A stretch of 63,394 bases of DNA, the filler included, from Anaerolineae bacterium (lineage in GTDB: Bacteria; Chloroflexota; Anaerolineae; Epilineales; Epilineaceae), in assembly GCA_029262755.1 (NCBI GenBank). It is 6 parts of 6 records of this genome, joined end to end, with 100 filler letters (N's around TTAATTAATTAA, not from the genome) between each part and the next. Parts side by side here need not be neighbours in the genome. Positions count along the whole stretch, not along the records: positions 27,267 to 41,834 come from JAJCYU010000230.1; 5 more parts are not named here. One strand, 5' to 3'. The first letter of the stretch is position 1. The number at the start of each line of letters is the position of its first letter. The position numbers and the translations under genes are program-made. Below, piece by piece: positions 29,657-37,909 of the stretch. Under the pieces are notes generated by a model. The model saw nothing but the letters and a program-made list of their open reading frames with translations, was not told the DNA's origin and did not search any database.

Positions 29657-31969
29657 TCATGGCCGGGCTGGCGGTACGAGCGCCAGGCTCACCGCCTCGA
29701 AGCGCCCGAGGCGCCCGCGCGCGCCCACCATCAGGCGGTGAAGGTCGTAGCCGGCCACGTTCTTGTGGACGGCGCGGCCGCAGCGGATCACGCGACCGTC
29801 CGGCAGCGTGATCGTCGCGGAAAGGAGAAGGTCGCGGGGAGCACCGTCTTCAAGCGTGTCCGCCCCCCCGCGGTAGCCATCCAGCAGCGCGCGCAGGGTT
29901 GTCGTAGGGCTCGTAGCAGAGAGCGGCAGCCGTCGGCCGGCCGCAGCCGCCGCGGCGCATGCATCGGCCACGGTGGCGTCGGCCGGCGCGTGCAGGACGA
30001 AGTTGGCCGCCTCGACGACGATCGTGGAAGGCATGCCGGCCCGGCCATGGACGAGCTGAGATGGATGGTTCGGATCCGCCACCGACTCCGCAGCAGACTC
30101 CGCGCCCTCCACCGCCACCGTCATCGACACCGAGCGGTTGCCCTTGGCTTGGCCGATCTCGCCCTCCGTCCCGGCAATCGCCCCATTCCCTGGTCCGATC
30201 CCAGCCCCAGTCTCAGTTCCGGCCCCAGCTCTAGCTCCAGCCCCCAGCGCTGCTTCTGCTCCTGCCTCAGTCCCAGCTCCGACCGTGTCGCCACTCCCTT
30301 CTTCCGGTGGCAGCATCGCGCCCGGGTTCAGCAGACCGCGCGGATCGAAGGCTGCGCGCAGCTCGCGCATCGCCGCCAGCGTGGTGGCATCGAGTTGGCG
30401 GGCCAGCAGTGCGCGCTTCTCCCGACCGATGCCGTGCTCGCCGGTGATCGTGCCGCCGCGCCGGAGCGCGGCCTCCGCGATGTCGTGCGCCACGCGCTCG
30501 ACACGCGCGCGGTCGGCGGGATCGGCCGGGTTGAGCGGGAGCATCGGATGCAGGTTGCCGTCGCCGACGTGGGCGATGGCGCCGGCGGGCAGCTCCGCCG
30601 CCTCCAGGATCGTCTCGATCTCGCGCAGGGCGGCCGCCAGCTCGCCGCGCGGCACGACGACGTCGACGGAGTAGTACGCGGGCGCAAGTCGGCTCATGGC
30701 GCCGCCGACGCTCTTGCGACCGCGCCACAATGCCGCGCTCTGCGCGTCGTCTTGGGCTCGACGAACCTCAATCGCGCCACTCGCCGACAACGCCGCTGCG
30801 ATGTCCACAAGCAACGCATCCAACGATTCCGGCCTACCCTCCACGGAGAGCAACAGCGCGGCACCGGACTCGACGGGCAAGCCCGGCGCGATCCAGTCCT
30901 CCACGATGCGCATGATGCGCTGGTCCATCAGCTCCACCGCGGCCGGGCGCAGACCGGCCGAAAGCAAGGCCGTGACGGCCGCACCCGCGCTCGCGACGTC
31001 CGGGAAGGCGGCCAACAAGGCCCGCGCGGCCTCGGGCCGCGGCGCGAGCCGCAGCGTGACCTCCGTGACGAGCCCGAGCGTGCCCTCGCTGCCGACGAAG
31101 AGCGCTGTCCAGTCCGCGGTCGGGGCTTCGCGCATGGGGAGCGGCAGGTCGTGGAACCGACCGCTGTCACGATCGCGAGGGCTCGTCGGCAGCGGTAGGT
31201 CGTCGGGATCTCGCGCCTCGCCCGTCTCGAGATCGCCGCTGGGCGGCAGCACAGCGCTCGGTTCGCGACTCACGCTCTGGTCCGACAATCCACCCGGCGC
31301 GTGAATCTCGTTCGGCTCCGGTGCGTTGCCGGGAGCCTTCCCCGTGTTCGATTCCACCTCGTCGCGCCGCTCCGACACCACCCGCGGCGGCGTGTGCGCG
31401 CCGAGGCGGACGCGTAGGCCGGAGGCGAGCACGACCTCCATGCCGAGCACCCAGCGCTGCGTGACGCCGCGCGAGAGGCAGTGGGGCCCGCCGGCGTTGC
31501 AGGCCACGTTACCGCCGATGGTCGACGCAACGCCGCTGGAGGGGTCGGGCGGGTAGGCCAGACCGTGGGCCGCCGCTGCCTCGTCGACGGCATCGCGGGT
31601 CACGCCGGGGCCGACGACGGCGGTGCGCGTCGCGGGATCGATGCGCAGCGTGCGCAGCCGCGCCATGGAGACCACCACCGCGTCGCGTGCGACCGCTCCG
31701 CCCGCCAGACCCGTGCCCGCGCCGCGCGCCACGAGCGCGACATCGTGCGCGTTCGCCCAACGCACGATCGCCGCGACCTCGCCCGCGTCGACCGGCAGCG
31801 CGACGAGCAGCGGCGTGCCGCGCTCCTGGCTGGCGTCGCGGCCGTACACCGCGCGTGCGTTGGCATCCGAAAGGACCTGGCCCGGCGTGAGCACCGCTGC
31901 GAGGGACGCGGCGAGCGTCGTCACGCGGTCCGTGGATTCAGCATCGGTGGTCGCGCGGTCGGAGATCAC
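29657..31969 (-). CDS. glcD: GlcD-like FAD-linked oxidase fused to a partial GlcE-like domain
   Basis: RGAGTGLAGGA, PPDPSS..STIGGNVACNAGGPHC, GSEGTLG, HVGDGNLHP, GEHGIG; second region GRAVHKNVAGYDLHRLMVGARGRLG; GTGA overlap with glcF. Confidence 0.8.
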   Translation of the reverse strand: MISDRATTDAESTDRVTTLAASLAAVLTPGQVLSDANARAVYGRDASQERGTPLLVALPVDAGEVAAIVRWANAHDVALVARGAGTGLAGGAVARDAVVVSMARLRTLRIDPATRTAVVGPGVTRDAVDEAAAAHGLAYPPDPSSGVASTIGGNVACNAGGPHCLSRGVTQRWVLGMEVVLASGLRVRLGAHTPPRVVSERRDEVESNTGKAPGNAPEPNEIHAPGGLSDQSVSREPSAVLPPSGDLETGEARDPDDLPLPTSPRDRDSGRFHDLPLPMREAPTADWTALFVGSEGTLGLVTEVTLRLAPRPEAARALLAAFPDVASAGAAVTALLSAGLRPAAVELMDQRIMRIVEDWIAPGLPVESGAALLLSVEGRPESLDALLVDIAAALSASGAIEVRRAQDDAQSAALWRGRKSVGGAMSRLAPAYYSVDVVVPRGELAAALREIETILEAAELPAGAIAHVGDGNLHPMLPLNPADPADRARVERVAHDIAEAALRRGGTITGEHGIGREKRALLARQLDATTLAAMRELRAAFDPRGLLNPGAMLPPEEGSGDTVGAGTEAGAEAALGAGARAGAGTETGAGIGPGNGAIAGTEGEIGQAKGNRSVSMTVAVEGAESAAESVADPNHPSQLVHGRAGMPSTIVVEAANFVLHAPADATVADACAAAAAAGRRLPLSATSPTTTLRALLDGYRGGADTLEDGAPRDLLLSATITLPDGRVIRCGRAVHKNVAGYDLHRLMVGARGRLGRFEAVSLALVPPARP

Positions 31970-33372
31970 GGCGTCGCCCGATAGGCGCGGGCCAGCCACT
32001 GCGCCAGGTGCAGCACCTCGATGTCCAATCCCGCCTCGCGTACCCCGCGCAGAAGCTGCAGCTGGCAGCCGGGGTTCGCCACGACGATGATCTCAGGGTC
32101 GGCGGCGACGACATCCTTCATCCGTCGGGCAAGCACGCCATCGGCCAGCGCTGGTTGCATCAGGCTGTAGCTCCCTGCGCTGCCGCAACAGCGATCGGGA
32201 TGGGGAAGCTCGACGGGGATCGTGCCCGGCAGGGCGGCAAGCAAGGCGCGCGGCTCGGCTGCAACGCCCAACCCGTGGCGCAGGTGGCAGGAATCGAGGT
32301 AGGCGACCCGTTTCGCACGCGTGGCGGACGTGTCCGTGGATCTGGTGCCGGTGCCGGTGCCGGTGCCGGTGCTGGTGATGGTGCCGGTGCTGGTGATGGT
32401 GCTGGTTCCCATACTGTGGACGGTGCCGGTGCCGGCGCTCGGACAGGGGCGCAGGCCGACGCGGTCGAGGAACACGGCCAGATCCACGTAGCGCGACATA
32501 AGCGCGGGCGCAGTGCCGGGCGCCGCACCATGTTCCGCGACCAGCGTGGTCGCGCAGCCGCCGGCGTTCACGATGATCGGCAGGCCGGCTGCCGCGCCCG
32601 TGTCGAAGACGGCGCGGTTCACGGCCGCCTGCTCGTCGGCGATCCGTGACTCGCCGGCGTGGCGGGCGAGGGCGCCGCAACAGGTTTGGCCCTCGGCAAG
32701 CACGACGTCGTAGCCGTTGTGGCGCAGCACCTCTCCCGTGGCGACGTTTACCGCCGCGAGGGACGCGTCCTGGATGCAACCGCGGAAGAGCGCCACGGCG
32801 CCGCGGCGCGTGCCGTAGGCCGCGAGCGTGCCGGCCGCCGGCAAGCGCGGCTTGCGCAGGGCGGGCGGCGGGGCGATGGCGGCCGCAGCGGCGAGGACGG
32901 CCGGCCGGCCGACGCGAAGGGCGAGGGCGACGAGGCCGACGCGCTGCGCGACGGCCGTCGCGCCGGCAAGCGCACGCAGCAGGCGGGGGCGACGCAGGGC
33001 GCGCAGCAACGTGCGGCGCGCCAGGGCTCTCGCGGATCGCGTGGCTGCTCGCGATCGCCGCCCGTGGGCAACCTGGCTCGCCCTCGCCCGTTCCAGCAGC
33101 GCGCCGTATTGCACGCCGCTCGGGCAGGCGCTCTCGCAGGCACGGCAGCCTAGGCAGCGGTCCAGGGGAGCGGCCGTAGTGGGATCGAGGGTGAGCGCAC
33201 CCTGCGCGGCGGCGCTCATCAGGACGATGCGCCCGCGGGGGCCGTCCGTCTCCGCGCCGAGGAGGTCGAAGGTCGGGCAAGCGGGCAGGCACAGGCCGCA
33301 GTGGATGCAGGCGTCGAGCAAGGCCGCGGTGTCGGGCGCGGCGAGACCGTGCGTGGGGGTCACGGTGAGCAT
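31966..33372 (-). CDS. glcF: Glycolate oxidase Fe-S subunit GlcF-like
   Basis: CIHCGLCLPACPT and CLGCRACESACPSGV ferredoxin motifs; two CCG domains. Confidence 0.88.
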   Translation of the reverse strand: MLTVTPTHGLAAPDTAALLDACIHCGLCLPACPTFDLLGAETDGPRGRIVLMSAAAQGALTLDPTTAAPLDRCLGCRACESACPSGVQYGALLERARASQVAHGRRSRAATRSARALARRTLLRALRRPRLLRALAGATAVAQRVGLVALALRVGRPAVLAAAAAIAPPPALRKPRLPAAGTLAAYGTRRGAVALFRGCIQDASLAAVNVATGEVLRHNGYDVVLAEGQTCCGALARHAGESRIADEQAAVNRAVFDTGAAAGLPIIVNAGGCATTLVAEHGAAPGTAPALMSRYVDLAVFLDRVGLRPCPSAGTGTVHSMGTSTITSTGTITSTGTGTGTGTRSTDTSATRAKRVAYLDSCHLRHGLGVAAEPRALLAALPGTIPVELPHPDRCCGSAGSYSLMQPALADGVLARRMKDVVAADPEIIVVANPGCQLQLLRGVREAGLDIEVLHLAQWLARAYRATP

Positions 33373-33444
33373 CGCCCGCGTGGCGCGAGCGGGCGCCGGT
33401 GGATTACCATGGCCGAACCATAGGCCAGCCACCGAGGAGGCGCC

Positions 33445-34278
33445 ATGCCAACCGAGCCCATCTCGAGCCGCCGCAACGCGCGTATCGTGGAGGCGCGCAA
33501 GCTCGGCCAGCGCAAGCATCGGCAACGGCAGGGGCGCTTCCTTGTAGAGGGGCTTCAGTTGTTGCACATGGCGGTCGAAGGCGGCGCGCCGCCCGACGAG
33601 ATCTTCGTCGTCGAGGCCGTGGAATCGCGCGACAAGCCCGTGGCGACCGCCGTGGCGCGCATGGAGGCGGCGGGCGGTCGGCGCGTCGCGGTCACGCCAC
33701 ACGTGCTGGCGACCCTCACCGAGCGCGATGATCCACAAGGCGTGGTGGCGACCTTCGCGTTGCTACCGATGGATGTGGACGCCCTGGCGCTTGGAATGCC
33801 CGACGATGGGCCGTCCCTCGTGCTCGTGCTCGACCGCCTGCAGGATCCGGGCAACCTGGGCACCTTGATCCGCACCGCCGATGCCGTCGGCGCGTCGGCG
33901 GTGGTCCTCGTCGAGCCGTGCGCGGACCCCTTCGACCTCAAGACCGTGCGCGGCACGATGGGCTCGCTGTTCAACGTGCCGCTCGCATCGGTCGCGGAGC
34001 TCGCGCCGCTGTTGGCCGGGCTAGCCGAGAGCGGCCACGCGCTTGTGAGCGCCGAAGCGCACGGGGGTGAGCGGTGGGGCGACGAGGCGCTCACAGGGAG
34101 GGTGGCGCTCGTTCTCGGCAACGAAGCACGTGGGGTCAGCGACGACCTGGCAACGGCCGTCCAAGCCCGCGTTACGCTGCCGGTTCCTGGCTCCGCGGAG
34201 TCGCTGAACGTCGCCGTGGCGGGTGGCGTGCTGATGTACGCCTGGCTACGACGCGCGGAGGAATTTGCACCCGGATGA
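33445..34278 (+). CDS. TrmH/SpoU family RNA methyltransferase
   Basis: LDRLQDPGNLGTLIRTADA, VLGNEARG, ESLNVAVAGG. Confidence 0.93.
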   Translation: MPTEPISSRRNARIVEARKLGQRKHRQRQGRFLVEGLQLLHMAVEGGAPPDEIFVVEAVESRDKPVATAVARMEAAGGRRVAVTPHVLATLTERDDPQGVVATFALLPMDVDALALGMPDDGPSLVLVLDRLQDPGNLGTLIRTADAVGASAVVLVEPCADPFDLKTVRGTMGSLFNVPLASVAELAPLLAGLAESGHALVSAEAHGGERWGDEALTGRVALVLGNEARGVSDDLATAVQARVTLPVPGSAESLNVAVAGGVLMYAWLRRAEEFAPG

Positions 34279-34349
34279 GGGCTCGCCTAGGGTGAATCCA
34301 ACACGGTAGCGATGCATTCCACCGATCCCGCTCAGGAGGCTTCTGCCGC

Positions 34350-34865
34350 ATGTACGATGTCTGTGTATTGGTTGCCGATTCCGCCCGCGCCCGCTACTTC
34401 GTCGATCGTCACGAAGCCCCGCCGGCGCGCCTTGGTGGCAAGGCGACGGATTCCCCATCGTGGGCCGGACAGCGGCTCCAGGAGGTGCGCGATCTCGTTC
34501 ATCCCGAGGCGCGCCTGACCGACGCTGAGCAGTACAGTGAGACGAAACCCGGTACGGCGCGTGGCCCGGGCGCACAGGCCCACGCCTACAACGATCACCG
34601 CGAGGCGCAGCAGGATCAGCACGACCGTCGCTTCGCCGCCGACATCGTCGCCGCGGCGGAGGAGGCGTGCCGAGAAACGGACGCACGTCGCCTGATCCTC
34701 GTCGCCGACCCCCGCATGCTCGGCATCTTGCGCCCCCTTGCGCAGAAGCTGGCGCACGCGGGTATCGAGGTGCGCGACCTGGCGAAGGATCTATCGCGCA
34801 TGCGACCCGACGAGATCCGCTCCGTGCTTGAGAAAAACGATATGCTGCCCTGGGAGGAACGATGA
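34350..34865 (+). CDS. Host-attachment family protein (baeRF12-like)
   Basis: AGGAGG RBS; VLVADSARARYF...RFAADI...LILVADPRMLGILR...KDLS. Confidence 0.8.
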   Translation: MYDVCVLVADSARARYFVDRHEAPPARLGGKATDSPSWAGQRLQEVRDLVHPEARLTDAEQYSETKPGTARGPGAQAHAYNDHREAQQDQHDRRFAADIVAAAEEACRETDARRLILVADPRMLGILRPLAQKLAHAGIEVRDLAKDLSRMRPDEIRSVLEKNDMLPWEER

Positions 34866-35836
34866 TCCAGCGGATCCTCGTTCCACTGGACGGTTCCGCG
34901 ATCGCCGAGCAGGCTCTGCCCCACGCGGCCACCTTGGCGCGGGCCTTCGATGCATCGCTCGTGCTCGCGCGCGTACCGGAGCCGCTGCTTGTGCCGGTGA
35001 TGAGCGCCGGCGTATGGATCACCCGATCGGTGGAGAGCGAAGAGGCGCATGAGGACGCCGCGGCGTATCTGAACGAGGTGCGTGGGCGCGACGAGCTCGC
35101 CGGCATCGCGATCGAGACCATGCATCCTACCCATCCGGTTGTGCACGGCTTGCTGGACGCTATCGCCGTTCAGCGAGCCGACATGCTGGTTATGACCTCG
35201 CACGGACACACCGGGCCGGATCGCTGGATCTTCGGCAGCGTGGCGGACAAGCTGGTGCACGTCGCGCCCGTGCCCGCGTACGTCGTGCGCGCACGACGAC
35301 CATCCGACGCGGGCGAGACCGCCGCCGATGCGGACGCGGGCGCGCCGGCGGCACCGATCTCGGCCGTGGGGGGCATCGCTATTCGCAAGATCATCGTGCC
35401 GCTCGATGGCTCCGCCCTTGCAGAACAGGCGCTGCCGGCGGCCGAGACTCTCGGCCGCCGCACGGGCGCGACGCTGGTACTGGTGCGCATTCCTGTCGTC
35501 CCCGGATACCTGACGGTTGTGCCGGAGACGGCAGGCTGGATCCCCGAGCAACTGGCGGAGTCCGCGCACGAAGCGGAGACCTATCTGGAATCACGCGCTG
35601 CCGAGATCCGCGAACGAGGGCTCGACGTAGACGTCGAGGTGCGGGTGGTCATGGGTGGGACGGTGGCCGACGGGATCCTGGCCGAAGCCGAGCAGGAAGA
35701 GGCCGAAGTCATCGTCATCTCCAGCCACGGCCGATCCGGCCTCGGCCGCTGGCTCTTCGGCAGCGTCGCCAACCGCGTCCTTCGCGGTGCCCGCTGCGCC
35801 GTCTGGGTCATCCGCGAAGGTACGAGCTCCGTATAG
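34862..35836 (+). CDS. Tandem universal stress protein
   Basis: Two ILVPLDGS..AEQALP / SHG..G..RW.FGSVA domains; ATGA overlap with upstream gene. Confidence 0.93.
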   Translation: MIQRILVPLDGSAIAEQALPHAATLARAFDASLVLARVPEPLLVPVMSAGVWITRSVESEEAHEDAAAYLNEVRGRDELAGIAIETMHPTHPVVHGLLDAIAVQRADMLVMTSHGHTGPDRWIFGSVADKLVHVAPVPAYVVRARRPSDAGETAADADAGAPAAPISAVGGIAIRKIIVPLDGSALAEQALPAAETLGRRTGATLVLVRIPVVPGYLTVVPETAGWIPEQLAESAHEAETYLESRAAEIRERGLDVDVEVRVVMGGTVADGILAEAEQEEAEVIVISSHGRSGLGRWLFGSVANRVLRGARCAVWVIREGTSSV

Positions 35837-35854
35837 GATGCTGTGGGGCGCGGG

Positions 35855-37744
35855 TCAACCGGCGTCGGACGTGCTCTCGTCGGCGGTTCGTGGCTCCGCT
35901 GGGAGGGAGGGCGAGCTTTCCGGTTGCGGGCTGCGTAGCGCTTCGACCGCGGGCAACGATTCTCGGGAGACGAGGCCGAGCAACACGTCGCCCGGACGCG
36001 AGCGGGGCGACTCGCCGGCGACGATGGGTGTGACCACGCTGCCGTCGCGGACGACGAAGAGCGGGAGAAGCTGGCCGTCGAAGCGCTCGGTGAGTGATGC
36101 TAGGGAGTCTGCTTCGGATAGGGTCAGGGTCTTGACCTTGGCACCGGCAGCGAGGCGTTCCCGTAGTTGATCGTAGCTAGCCTCCTCGGCGAAGAGGAAG
36201 CGCCCATGAAGCGTGCGTGCGAAGGCCTCTTCCTGGGGCGCCGTCAGCGAGCGCGGTGCTAGCTGATACACGGCTTCGGCACCGAGGCTACTTGCGAAGC
36301 GCAAGGTGGCCAGGCTGTTGACCTCATCGTTGGCGGTGAACGCGATCAAGTGCCCGATCTCGTCGAGGTCGAAGGTGTTGAGCCCGCCCTCGGCCAGCAG
36401 GTTGGCGTGGTGCGCGCTGAGGCCGACCACGTGGGCCCGCCACACATGGTCGCGGTTCGTGTCGGCCATGCGCACGTCGACGCCCTCGTCGGCCAATGCG
36501 CGCGCGAGTACGCGCGCGACCCGATCGGCGCCGATGAACAGCACGCCTGTCGGCTGGGGTCGCGTGACGCCGAGCAGTCGAGCCAATGGTTTCGCGGTGA
36601 TGCCATAGAGCATCACGGTGGTGATGATCACGAAGAAGACCTCGCTCACCAGCACGCCTGCGTCCGCGAATCCCGCATGCTCCAATTCCAAGGCGAAGAT
36701 CGACGCGACGGCAGCCGCGACGATACCGCGCGGAGCCATCCAGGCCACGAAGGTCCGTTCACGCCAGGTCAGCGAAGAGCCGATGGTCGAAAGGAAGACC
36801 GATAGCGGTCGTGCGACGAGCACCAGGATCGCGACGAAGACCAGACGCTCCGGCCGGATGGGCAGCAGGTCGGTCAAGGCAAGGCGTGCGGCGAGCAGGA
36901 CGAACAAGCTGGAGATCAGCAGCTCGCGCAGATTCTCCTTGAACTCCGCGATGTGTTCTACATCGACGATGACCTGATTGGCCAGCAGGATGCCCATCAC
37001 GGTCACGGTGGCCAGTCCGGACTCGGCCTGTACGAGGTTGGAGGCGGCGAACACGCCGACGACCGTACTCAGCGTAAGCGGACTGTGAAGGCGGTCGGGA
37101 ATCAGGTTGCGCGCCATGACCCCCACGAGCATCGCCGCCCCCGCGGCGCCGAGGACGACCGCGACGAGCGTGGTGCGCAGCAGCACCATCGCAACAACCT
37201 CGGTGGCCTCGCCCGGCCCCGTCGCAACGATGGCCTCGAAGACGAGGACCGCGAGGATGGCGCCCACCGGATCGATGACGATGCCTTCCCACTTGAGGAC
37301 GGCGCCCACCGCCCGCGACGGACGCGTGTGCCGGATCAGGGGCAGCACGACCGTCGGTCCCGTTACGGTTAGGATGGCGCCCAAAAGGGCCGCAAGCTGG
37401 ACGTTCAGCCCGAGCACGTAATACGCGGCCGTCCCGCTGATCACCGCGGTGATCGCGGCGCCGAGGGTGACCAGGCGCGTGACATCGCGGCTCGTCTGGT
37501 CGATCTCCGAACGCTGCAGGGTGAGGCCGCCTTCGAAGAGGATGATGGCTACGGCCACGGAGACGAACGGAAACAGCAGCCCGCCCATCAAGGCATCCGG
37601 ATCCAGTACGCCGGTTACCGGCCCGGCAATGAATCCGGCGGCGAGCAACAGGAGGATCGATGGCCAACGCAGACGGTCCGCGACCCATTGGGCCGCCGTG
37701 CCCAGGACGAGGACGATGGCAATTCCAAGAACGCTGGGCTCCAT
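35855..37744 (-). CDS. CPA1 (NhaP-like) cation/proton antiporter with RCK/TrkA-N domain
   Basis: VAIILFEGGL, TGPTVV, KWEGIVIDPVGA, APRGIVAAAVAS, C-terminal GVLFIGA..TANDEVN. Confidence 0.92.
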   Translation of the reverse strand: MEPSVLGIAIVLVLGTAAQWVADRLRWPSILLLLAAGFIAGPVTGVLDPDALMGGLLFPFVSVAVAIILFEGGLTLQRSEIDQTSRDVTRLVTLGAAITAVISGTAAYYVLGLNVQLAALLGAILTVTGPTVVLPLIRHTRPSRAVGAVLKWEGIVIDPVGAILAVLVFEAIVATGPGEATEVVAMVLLRTTLVAVVLGAAGAAMLVGVMARNLIPDRLHSPLTLSTVVGVFAASNLVQAESGLATVTVMGILLANQVIVDVEHIAEFKENLRELLISSLFVLLAARLALTDLLPIRPERLVFVAILVLVARPLSVFLSTIGSSLTWRERTFVAWMAPRGIVAAAVASIFALELEHAGFADAGVLVSEVFFVIITTVMLYGITAKPLARLLGVTRPQPTGVLFIGADRVARVLARALADEGVDVRMADTNRDHVWRAHVVGLSAHHANLLAEGGLNTFDLDEIGHLIAFTANDEVNSLATLRFASSLGAEAVYQLAPRSLTAPQEEAFARTLHGRFLFAEEASYDQLRERLAAGAKVKTLTLSEADSLASLTERFDGQLLPLFVVRDGSVVTPIVAGESPRSRPGDVLLGLVSRESLPAVEALRSPQPESSPSLPAEPRTADESTSDAG

Positions 37745-37909
37745 GAGACCTCAATTTGCGGGGACGGGAACGGAAACGGGGCGCGCAATCTGTACGGCGT
37801 CATCGTGACAGCCAGATGCCGAGCAGGGAATAATAGCCGGGCGAACAATACTCGAATGAATTTTTGTCGCGGGCGTGATGGGGCCGCATCGCGGCCCGTA
37901 AGAGGCAGT

